A DNA stretch of 64,000 bases from NCBI GenBank assembly GCA_043819795.1, contig JBDREN010000095.1, positions 2,047 through 66,046 on the forward strand, given 5' to 3'. Numbering within the stretch: the first letter of the stretch is position 1; the number at the start of each line of letters is the position of its first letter. The notes beneath the pieces were generated by a model, which worked only from the letters and a program-made list of their open reading frames with translations, was not told the origin of the DNA and did no database searches. Source of the DNA: Elusimicrobiota bacterium (lineage in GTDB: Bacteria; Elusimicrobiota; Elusimicrobia; UBA1565). Positions 44,932 to 52,567 of the stretch are shown one piece after another. Both the position numbers and the translations under genes were made by a program.

Positions 44932-47900
44932 TCAGTTCATGCCGGGGATGTTGATCTCCTTCGAGACCTTCTTCCGCTTCTTTCCGCCGCCATTCTTCTC
45001 GGAAGCCGGCGCTTGCGCCCCGCCGGAGTCGTCCGGCATGACCTGCGTCTTCCCCTCCTCCTGGACCACGGCCCGCCCCGCGCCCTGCTCGCCCTCGGGG
45101 GCCTCCGGCTCCGGCTCGACGGATTGGCCCTTCTGCTTGAGCAGCTCGCGCAAGCCCTGGGCCCGTTCCCGGGCGGCGGCCGAGACCGTTTTTTCGCTCG
45201 CGTTCCCGGCCAGGTCCTCATAGACGCTCGCGGCCTTCGCGAATTCTTCGCGCTTCTCGTACTCCTCCCCGAGCTTGATCAGCCCCTGCAAACGGAAGCC
45301 GTTCCCCTTGGGCTCGGTCCCGACCAGGCCCTGCCAGGTACGCAGAGCTTCGTCGGGCTGGCCCATCATCGCGTAGATATCTCCTTTCTGGTAGGTCGCT
45401 TCCTGGATCGTCTCCCCGTCTTCGCTCGCGTCCAGGATGCGGCCGAGAGTCCCCATCGCCCCCGAGAAGTCCTTGCGGTCCCTCTGGATCGAGAACATCT
45501 CCCAAAGGGCCGCCTTGCCGCCCTCGCCCTCCACGCCGACCAAGTTCGCGTAGCGGGCGTAGGCCTCCTGGGCCCGGTCCAGATTGCCCAAGGCCTTGAA
45601 GGCGAGCGCGACGTTGAACTGCGCGGCCTTGTTGTATTCGGACTCCGGATACTCCTCGATCAGCCGGCCGTAGTTCTTCACCGCCTGCTCGTGCCGCTCG
45701 AGGCCGTAGAAGGCGCTGCCAAGATGGAAAAGAGCCAGGGGCGTGTCCTCGCCCGAAGGGAAGTTCGTCAGGAAGCGCTCGAAAGCGAAGACCGCGTCCT
45801 GGAACTTCTCGGCGTTGAAATAGGACTCGGCCAGCAGGAACTGGGCCTTGCTCAGCTTCGGGCTTCCGGTGTAGTCGACGCTGAAGCGCTGGAACGCGGG
45901 GGCCGCCTCCTCGTACTTCTTCAGCTCGAAAAAGCGCCTCCCTATCCGGAACTGGGCCTCGCCCGCCGTCGCCGTGTGCGGGACCGCCTCGACCACGGCG
46001 CCCAGGGACTTCTTGAAGTCGGCGGCCGGGCTCCGATCGTAGACGGCCTCCATGTAGTCGAGGGCGTCGGTCGCCTCCGGCGCGTCCGGGAACTTCGAGA
46101 GCAGCGCCAGCGCCCCGTTGAGCGTCGCCACGTCGTCCTTGGCGTTGAAGGCCGAGGCCGCGACCCGAAGGTAGGCGAAGGGCAGCTGCTCGGACTCCGG
46201 GAACCTGTCGATGACGTGCTTGTATTGCTCGATCGCCTCGTCCCACTTCTGGGCCCTGAAGAGGGTGTCCCCGATCTGATACTCGGCCTTCCCCGTCTCG
46301 CGAGCGTCCGGATAGTTGTCGCGCAGCCTCCTCCAGATCTCGATCGCCTGGGTGTAGTAGCGCAGGTGGTAGAGGCTCATCGCCGCCCGGTAGAGGGCCT
46401 GCGGCGCCTGCCTCGCCTCGGGGTTCTCGCGCGCGAACTGGTCGTAGAGGTGGTAGGCCTCGTCGTACTCCTTTTGGTTGTACATGCTGTCGGCGATGCC
46501 GAGCTGGTTGACTCCCGAGAAGGAGTAGGACGACCGCGCGAGCCGCAGCATCTCCGAAAGCTTGCGGCGCTCCTCGAGCGTGCGGTCGTCGTCGCCGAGG
46601 AACTGGTAGCACCACGCCAGGCCGTCCTGGGCGTAGAAGGCCGCCTGGTCGTTCGGGTAGACCTTGAGGACCATCTGGTAGATCGCCTTGGCCTCGTCGA
46701 CCCGGTTCATGGCGAGGTAGGCTTCCGCCGCGTAGAGGTAGCTCAGCGGGCGCCACTGCGACTGCGACGGGGGCAGATGGCGGAAGATGAACTGGTACGA
46801 GGTCAGGATCGCGTTGAACCGCCGCATATTGTACTGCGTCTGCAAAATCGAGAACAGCGCCTGCTCGGCGATATCCGAGGTCGGCGCGAGGTCGATGATG
46901 CGCTGGAACGAGGTGACCGCGTCGTCGGGCCGCTTCATGGCCAGCTGCGCGTTCGCCAGGACGATGTAGACGTTCTTCGCCAGCGAGTTCGTGGGGTAGA
47001 GCGACAGGAAGTTGCTGCACGTCTGCGCGGACTGGTTGTAGTCCCCGACGTGGTACTGCGTCCACGCCAGCTTGTAGTGGGCCAGCGGCGAGATCCTGAT
47101 CGTCTCCGGGTACTGGGTGATCACCTTCGTGTAGGCGAAGAGGCCCTCGCGGAACTGCTCCGCCACGAGGTGGGACTCGGCGATGAAGTACTGGGCCAGC
47201 GGCGCGAAGAAGTCGCGGGGATAACGGTCGATGACCGACTGGAAATGGGCCCTCGCCTCGACGTAGTCCTGCTTCTCGAAATGCGAGGAACCGATCCGGA
47301 ACAGCGCCGAGACGCGCAGCTGCGACTTCGGGTGCTTGGCGAGGAAGCGCCGGTATTTCGTGATCGCGCCGTCGAAGTCCTTGGCGAGGAAGAACGAGTC
47401 GCCGATGAAGAACTCGGTCTCCTCGATCAGGGGCGAGTCGGGATAGTCGCGCGCGAGGCTCTCGAACGCCGCGGCCGCGAGGTAGGGGCGCTTGGAGAGA
47501 AGATAGGTCTTGCCGAGATAGAACTGCGCCTCGGGGGTGCTCACGCGCTGGAGGGCGCGCGACGCGTTGGCGTAGTCGCCTTTGTGCAGACTGATGATCC
47601 CCTGCACGTAGAGCACCTCGGGGACCCTAAGGTAGTGGGGGTAGGTCTCCCCCAGCAGGAAAAGGTTGGCCTCGGCCTGGCTGAACTGCTCGAGGGCAAG
47701 GTTCGCGAAGATGATCCCCATCCAGCTTTCCGGGACGATGTAGGACTTCGAGAAGTCCTCATCGACCATCCTCCATTCCTCGATCGCCTTCCCCCAATCC
47801 TTCTCGTTGTAGGCGACCTCGCCGAGACGGTACTGCGCGGACGGGCGCAGGCCGCTCTTCTTCTTCCGGTACTTGCTGAGGAGGGTCTCGAAGGCGGCGC

Positions 47901-48270
47901 GCGCGTCCTTCAGGGCCTTGACGGCCGACGGGTTCTTGGGCGAGAGCAGCCGCGCCGAGTCGGCCTTCTTGGACTCCGCCTCCTTGTGGAGGATCGTCAG
48001 CGCGTGCTCCATGTAGGCCTCGCCGACCATGAACTGGGCGTCGGCCGAGCGGGGGCTCTCAGGAAACCGGCGCAAGAACCGCTCGAAGGCCGCGATGGCG
48101 GCGATCTTGTCGCGCGTGGTTTCGCGGAAGAGCTGGGAGGCGGACCGGAATGCCTCGTCCTCCTCGGCGGTCAGCACGTGCTGGTCCCCGCCTCCCCACG
48201 CCGAAGCCGAGGCCGCCAGCGCCGAGACGGCGAGCGTCGCGATGCCGAGGACCGCCGTTATCCGCCTCAT
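44932..48270 (-). CDS. large exported TPR-repeat protein (1112 aa)
   Basis: Signal peptide MRRITAVLGIATLAVSALAASASA, with many A/Y/F-x-LG-x-Y-type TPR units along the whole length. ATGA overlap with the thrS stop. Confidence 0.85.
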   Translation of the reverse strand: MRRITAVLGIATLAVSALAASASAWGGGDQHVLTAEEDEAFRSASQLFRETTRDKIAAIAAFERFLRRFPESPRSADAQFMVGEAYMEHALTILHKEAESKKADSARLLSPKNPSAVKALKDARAAFETLLSKYRKKKSGLRPSAQYRLGEVAYNEKDWGKAIEEWRMVDEDFSKSYIVPESWMGIIFANLALEQFSQAEANLFLLGETYPHYLRVPEVLYVQGIISLHKGDYANASRALQRVSTPEAQFYLGKTYLLSKRPYLAAAAFESLARDYPDSPLIEETEFFIGDSFFLAKDFDGAITKYRRFLAKHPKSQLRVSALFRIGSSHFEKQDYVEARAHFQSVIDRYPRDFFAPLAQYFIAESHLVAEQFREGLFAYTKVITQYPETIRISPLAHYKLAWTQYHVGDYNQSAQTCSNFLSLYPTNSLAKNVYIVLANAQLAMKRPDDAVTSFQRIIDLAPTSDIAEQALFSILQTQYNMRRFNAILTSYQFIFRHLPPSQSQWRPLSYLYAAEAYLAMNRVDEAKAIYQMVLKVYPNDQAAFYAQDGLAWCYQFLGDDDRTLEERRKLSEMLRLARSSYSFSGVNQLGIADSMYNQKEYDEAYHLYDQFARENPEARQAPQALYRAAMSLYHLRYYTQAIEIWRRLRDNYPDARETGKAEYQIGDTLFRAQKWDEAIEQYKHVIDRFPESEQLPFAYLRVAASAFNAKDDVATLNGALALLSKFPDAPEATDALDYMEAVYDRSPAADFKKSLGAVVEAVPHTATAGEAQFRIGRRFFELKKYEEAAPAFQRFSVDYTGSPKLSKAQFLLAESYFNAEKFQDAVFAFERFLTNFPSGEDTPLALFHLGSAFYGLERHEQAVKNYGRLIEEYPESEYNKAAQFNVALAFKALGNLDRAQEAYARYANLVGVEGEGGKAALWEMFSIQRDRKDFSGAMGTLGRILDASEDGETIQEATYQKGDIYAMMGQPDEALRTWQGLVGTEPKGNGFRLQGLIKLGEEYEKREEFAKAASVYEDLAGNASEKTVSAAARERAQGLRELLKQKGQSVEPEPEAPEGEQGAGRAVVQEEGKTQVMPDDSGGAQAPASEKNGGGKKRKKVSKEINIPGMN

Positions 48271-50030
48271 TGCCCGACCGGAGCCTGATTCTTGCTCCGG
48301 ACCTCCTCGTTCAATCTCTCCACGAGATCCTCGGGACGCAGCCCGTTGACCTGCTTGCCGCTAAGCAGGCGCACGCTCAGCGTGCCCGCCTTGACGTCGC
48401 GGGGGCCGAGCACGACCTGGTAGGGGACCTTCTCGAGCGTCGCCTCGCGGATCTTGTGGCCGATCTTCTCGTTGCGAAAGTCCTCATCCACGCGGAAGCC
48501 GGCCTCCCGCAGCCGGCCGCAGAGCTCGCGCGCCGGCTCGATCTGGCCGTCGGTGAGCGTGAGGACCTTCACCTGCACGGGCGCGAGCCACAGCGGGAAC
48601 CGCCCCCCGTAGTGCTCGATCAGCACGCCGATGAAACGCTCGAACGAGCCGAGGATGGCCCGGTGGATCATCACGACGTAGTCCTCGCCGCCGTCCGCCG
48701 TCCGCATCTTCACCTCGAAGCGGCGCGGCAGCTGGAAGTCGAGCTGGATCGTCGCCAACTGCCACTCCCGGCCGATGGCGTCCTTGACCTTCAGGTCGAT
48801 CTTCGGGCCGTAGAACACGCCCTCTCCCTCGTCGATCTCGTAGAGGATCTTCTGCTCCTCGAGGGCGTCGCGCAGCATGGCCTCGGCCTTCTCCCAGAGC
48901 TTGGGATCGCCGCCCGTCTCGGGGGGCTTCGTCGAGAGATAGCTCTTAAGGTCGGTGAAGCCGAAATCGCCGTAGACCTGCTTGGCCAGGCCCAGCATGC
49001 TCGCGATCTCCGCCTGGATCTGGTCGAGGCGGCAGAAGATGTGGGCGTCGTCCTGCGTGAAGCCGCGCACGCGCATCAGCCCGTGCAGCACGCCGCTCCT
49101 CTCGAAGCGGTAGACCGTGGCGTACTCCGCCAACCGGATGGGCAGATCCCGGTACGAGCGGAGCCGGGTTTTGAAGATCATGATGTGGTTGGGGCAGTTC
49201 ATCGGCTTCGACCGGAAGGGGTTGCCTTCGACGTCCATGGCCCCGTACATCATGTCGGCGTAGTTGTCGAGATGCCCGCTCGTCTTATAGATCGTCTCCG
49301 AGGCGATATGCGGGGTGCGGACGAACTGGTAGCCGCCCCGGTCGAGCAGGCCGCGCAGGTAGCTCTCGATCTGGAAGTGGAGAGCGGCGCCCTTCGGATG
49401 CCAATGGATGAGCCCGGCCCCGACGTCCTCGTGCACGCTGAAGAGCCCGAGATCAGCCCCGAGCTTTCGGTGGTCGCGCTTCTTGGCCTCATCGAGCTGC
49501 AGAAGATAGGCGTCGAGCTCGCCCTTGCTCGGCCAGACCGTGCCGTAGACGCGCTGGAGCATCGCCTTCTTCTCGTCCCCGCGCCAGTAGGCTCCGGCCA
49601 CGCTGAGCAGCTTGAAGTGCCGGATCCGCCGGGTATTATCCACATGCGGGCCCCGGCAGAGGTCGGTGAAGGTGTCGTGCGAGTAGTGGCTCACCTCCCC
49701 CCCGAGATCTTCGAGAAGCTCCACCTTGTAGGTCTCGCCGCGCTTGCGCCAGAACTCCAGCGCCTCTTGCTTCGGAAGCTCGCTCTGCTTGAAGTCGTGA
49801 TTCGCCTCGACGACCTCGCGCATCCGGGCCTCGATCTTCGGGAGGTCCTCGGCCGTGAAGCGATGGCCGGTGTCGAAGTCGTAGTAGAACCCGTTCTCGA
49901 TCGCCGGGCCGATCGCGATCTTCGTGCCGGGATAAAGCTCCTGAACGGCCTGAGCCATGACGTGCGCGGCCGAGTGGCGCAGGCGCTCGAGCCGCTGCTT
50001 CAAGTCGGTGTCCGCGATTGTCTCAGGCAT
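48267..50030 (-). CDS. thrS: threonine--tRNA ligase lacking the N-terminal TGS domain
   Basis: Trimmed to ATG 50030 (MPETIADTDLKQRLERLRHSAAHVMAQAVQELYPGTKIAIGPAIENGFYYDFD). Class II motifs and an anticodon-binding C-terminus follow. Confidence 0.9.
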   Translation of the reverse strand: MPETIADTDLKQRLERLRHSAAHVMAQAVQELYPGTKIAIGPAIENGFYYDFDTGHRFTAEDLPKIEARMREVVEANHDFKQSELPKQEALEFWRKRGETYKVELLEDLGGEVSHYSHDTFTDLCRGPHVDNTRRIRHFKLLSVAGAYWRGDEKKAMLQRVYGTVWPSKGELDAYLLQLDEAKKRDHRKLGADLGLFSVHEDVGAGLIHWHPKGAALHFQIESYLRGLLDRGGYQFVRTPHIASETIYKTSGHLDNYADMMYGAMDVEGNPFRSKPMNCPNHIMIFKTRLRSYRDLPIRLAEYATVYRFERSGVLHGLMRVRGFTQDDAHIFCRLDQIQAEIASMLGLAKQVYGDFGFTDLKSYLSTKPPETGGDPKLWEKAEAMLRDALEEQKILYEIDEGEGVFYGPKIDLKVKDAIGREWQLATIQLDFQLPRRFEVKMRTADGGEDYVVMIHRAILGSFERFIGVLIEHYGGRFPLWLAPVQVKVLTLTDGQIEPARELCGRLREAGFRVDEDFRNEKIGHKIREATLEKVPYQVVLGPRDVKAGTLSVRLLSGKQVNGLRPEDLVERLNEEVRSKNQAPVGQ

Positions 50031-50129
50031 ATCCCCCCGCCCGCAAAGGCGCCCGCAGCCTCTTCCCGCAGCCATCGAGGAAATCGTCTCTTCGATGGTC
50101 GCCCGGCCGCGGCTCCTGCGGGCGCAAAA

Positions 50130-50204
50130 TGGTGCCCAGTGTAGGATTTGAACCTACGACCTCTCCCATGTCAAGGGAGCGCGCTACCCCTGCGCCAACT
50201 GGGC
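50130..50204 (-). tRNA. tRNA-Val (anticodon GAC), CCA encoded
   Basis: The minus strand reads GCCCAGTTGGCGCAGGGGTAGCGCGCTCCCTTGACATGGGAGAGGTCGTAGGTTCAAATCCTACACTGGGCACCA. Acceptor GCCCAGT/ACTGGGC, anticodon stem CTCCC/GGGAG with loop TTGACAT, T-arm GTAGG-TTCAAAT-CCTAC. Confidence 0.9.
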
Positions 50205-50547
50205 CTTTGTCGCACCCCGCGCTTCGCGCGGGGCTGAAGCCTCGCTTCGAAAGGAAACACCTCCGCTCGGTGCTCCCCCTGGGGGCTTGCGCCCCCTCGG
50301 GCCCGCAAGACCCACATCGCCTTAGTGGGCCTTGCGGGTCACCCCCACTAAGGTCGGCGGACCATGCCGCCGTCCCTGTATGTCGCATCCAACTCAGCGC
50401 TTCAAGCGCGACGCGCTTGAAGCGCTTACATCTCCGCTCGGTGTCCCCAATTTGAGTGCCCCGGGCGTCTCCTGCGTTACGGACGCCAGGCAGTGCCCTT
50501 CGCCGTGCTCGGAGCCAAAGCCCGGTTTCGTCAAATTGTCGTTCAGA

Positions 50548-50576
50548 ATATTAACAAAATAAGGAGTGCGTTTCAA
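50548..50576 (-). promoter_or_regulatory. sigma-70-like promoter TTGAAA-N17-TAATAT (minus strand)
   Basis: -35 is the reverse complement of 50571-50576 and -10 is the reverse complement of 50548-50553, with the spacer counted as 17 nt. Lies in the AT-rich tract just after the rluD stop and points toward the structured leader, tRNA-Val and thrS. Confidence 0.55.
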
Positions 50577-50639
50577 GCTGCGGCCTCGGCGCGAAGGCAT
50601 GGCCCTTCTTCCTTAAAGGCTAAGTTTAAAAGATGGGTC

Positions 50640-51674
50640 TTACCTTGTCAATATCGAAGCCCTACCCTTGAGCCCGAACGCCCGGAGGACCCGCATGAAG
50701 TCGTCGGGCGGCGGCGCCGTCAACGTGAGCCCGCGCCCCGACCTGGGATGGCGCAGCGTCAGGCGCGACGCGTGCAGCATCTGGCGCGGCGCTCCGAGCT
50801 GCCGGAGGTCGTCCGGCGTGAGCCTCTGGAATACCGCCTTCAGAAAATACTCGCCATTGCCCGTATAGAGCTTGTCGCCGACCACGGGATGGCCGAGGGA
50901 GGCCAGATGCACCCGGACCTGATGCAGTCGCCCGGTCCGGGGACGGGCGCGCACGACCGAGAGGGACTCGCCCGCGCGGACCCGCTCGAAGACCGTCACC
51001 GCGGGTTGTCCCTTCGGGGAGGAATCCGCGACGGCTTGGCGTATCCGGATCTCCCCCCCTTCCCGGGCGATCGGGCGGTCCACGATCCTCGAAGCGAAGC
51101 CGACGCGTCCCCAGACGGCGGCGAGATACTCCTTGAGGATCTCTCGACGGTCGAACTGCTGCTGCATCAGCCGGGCGCTGACCGGATCCTTCGCGAACAT
51201 CAGGACCCCGCTGGTCTCGCGATCCAGCCGGTGCGCGAGATGCAGGCGCCGGCCCGGGAACCGGCGCGCGACGATCGCCGTCGCCGTATCGCGCACGACC
51301 TTGCCGGTCGGATGGCTGAGCAGGTCGCCCGGCTTGTCGACCGCGAGCATGCAGTCGTCTTCGTAGAGGACGGAAAGCGCGTCATGGCGCGGAGGAGGCT
51401 CCCGGCGCTTGGGGTAGCGGACGACCACGCTGTCGCCGTTCTGCACTCGGGATGAAGCCTTGGCGGCGCTCCCCCGCAGGAGGACGCGCCCCTCCCGGAT
51501 CCAACGCTGCACGATGGCCCGGGAGCACGGATGCAGCCGGCGCGCGAGGAACACGTCGACGCGCTGGGTCCCGCCGTCCGGCTCCCTGCCGCCGGTCTTC
51601 GCCCGGCCACCGGCGTCCCTCTGCGACGGGAGGCACGACACCGGAAAGGCCACGTCGATCCAGCTTTCGGTCAT
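50640..51674 (-). CDS. rluD: RluA/RluD-family pseudouridine synthase
   Basis: Trimmed to ATG 51674 (ATGA overlap with the upstream stop). S4-like N-terminus and the catalytic motif HRLDRETSGVLMFAKD. Confidence 0.85.
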   Translation of the reverse strand: MTESWIDVAFPVSCLPSQRDAGGRAKTGGREPDGGTQRVDVFLARRLHPCSRAIVQRWIREGRVLLRGSAAKASSRVQNGDSVVVRYPKRREPPPRHDALSVLYEDDCMLAVDKPGDLLSHPTGKVVRDTATAIVARRFPGRRLHLAHRLDRETSGVLMFAKDPVSARLMQQQFDRREILKEYLAAVWGRVGFASRIVDRPIAREGGEIRIRQAVADSSPKGQPAVTVFERVRAGESLSVVRARPRTGRLHQVRVHLASLGHPVVGDKLYTGNGEYFLKAVFQRLTPDDLRQLGAPRQMLHASRLTLRHPRSGRGLTLTAPPPDDFMRVLRAFGLKGRASILTR

Positions 51675-52567
51675 CGGAGCTTCTCCCACAGGCTCCGCTG
51701 CTCGAGCGCGGTGAGCCCCCCCGGCAGGCTCACCGGAGGCCCGTGCCGCCTGATCAGCCGGTGGCGACGCTCCGCCGGAGGCTGCCGAAGCCTCTCGTGG
51801 AGGACCCCGAGAGGCGGCGCATCGAAGGGCTCCTCCGCCTTGCGGCGCGCCGCCTCGGGATCGGCGGCGTCGTGCCCGCAGCCGGCGAGATCGTAGGCGG
51901 CCTTTTCAAGCCGCTCGCAGGCTTCACTCTCGTCGTGGACGGGGCACAGGCCGACGCAGTCGACGAACGCGAAACCCTTGTGCCGAAGAGCCCGGCTCAA
52001 CGTCTCGGAGACCGAGGCCTTGCCGCCGGGAAACACCCGCGCCGCGAACGTCGCGCCGGCCGCGAGCACGGCCCGCAACACCTCTCCTTCGGGCGGCGCG
52101 GATTCCCGGAGGCCGCAGCCGCCGCCGTTGAAAGAGAGGACGGTGATATCGTCGTTGGTGCGCGCGGAGTCGAGCAGCCAGCCCAACGCCATTCCCCGCG
52201 CGGGACGCGCGGCCGCGACCACCGTGACGGAAGGGTTGGCCTTCCGAGCGCCGCATGCGAAAGGAACCAGGCGGTCCCCGAGCCCGACGGCGGCGTAGCA
52301 GCGGACCGACGCCAACGGTTCGGAAAGGGCGCCGAGGCCGAGGCTCGACACGATCAGGAGGTCCTTGGGCTCGACGGCCGCGGAAGCCGCCGCATCCCGC
52401 AACGCCGCCGCCAGGCGCGAGGCCGCGCAGTCATCGCTTTCACGCGGGCCGGGCGGCAGCCGCGTCAGAAACCGCCCCGCGTCGACGGGCTCGGCGTCGA
52501 CGGCCGGCGTGCGGGCGGGGACCGGGAACCCCCACGTGCTCTCGAGCGCGGGTGTCGGCTCAGCCAT
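51671..52567 (-). CDS. 2-oxoacid:ferredoxin oxidoreductase beta-subunit-like protein, signature motifs degenerate
   Basis: The fold-level pattern ...VTVVAAARPARGMALGWLLDSARTNDDITVLSFNGGGCGL...FVDCVGLCPV parallels KorB-type TPP subunits. The GDG TPP-binding motif and the N-terminal Fe-S cysteines are not present. Confidence 0.5.
   Translation of the reverse strand: MAEPTPALESTWGFPVPARTPAVDAEPVDAGRFLTRLPPGPRESDDCAASRLAAALRDAAASAAVEPKDLLIVSSLGLGALSEPLASVRCYAAVGLGDRLVPFACGARKANPSVTVVAAARPARGMALGWLLDSARTNDDITVLSFNGGGCGLRESAPPEGEVLRAVLAAGATFAARVFPGGKASVSETLSRALRHKGFAFVDCVGLCPVHDESEACERLEKAAYDLAGCGHDAADPEAARRKAEEPFDAPPLGVLHERLRQPPAERRHRLIRRHGPPVSLPGGLTALEQRSLWEKLR

Noticed and set aside
44743-48288. 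1181-aa open reading frame on the plus strand spanning the whole TPR gene in antisense
   Set aside because: This is a mirror ORF typical of high-GC DNA. The translation is a low-complexity R/L/G/V/E/D/H mix with no motifs, no SD and no signal. The sense partner has a signal peptide and clear TPR periodicity. The same reasoning applies to 12365-14434, 10308-12449, 3257-5752, 5415-7244, 48150-50144, 52365-54332, 28778-30391, 31386-32687, 38682-39845, 25915-27141 and 1692-2552.
50205-50547. T-box riboswitch, tmRNA, RNase P RNA or 6S RNA in the rluD-tRNA-Val spacer
   Set aside because: There is no T-box consensus (only a loose GGGGTGACCCGCA resemblance), and a tRNA gene lies between the leader and thrS. 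The plus-strand GGGGCTGAAGCC resembles a tmRNA 5' end, but no tRNA-like 3' end or T-loop follows. There is no RNase P P4-type GGAAAGTCCGGGC-like block. It is reported as an unassigned structured leader instead.
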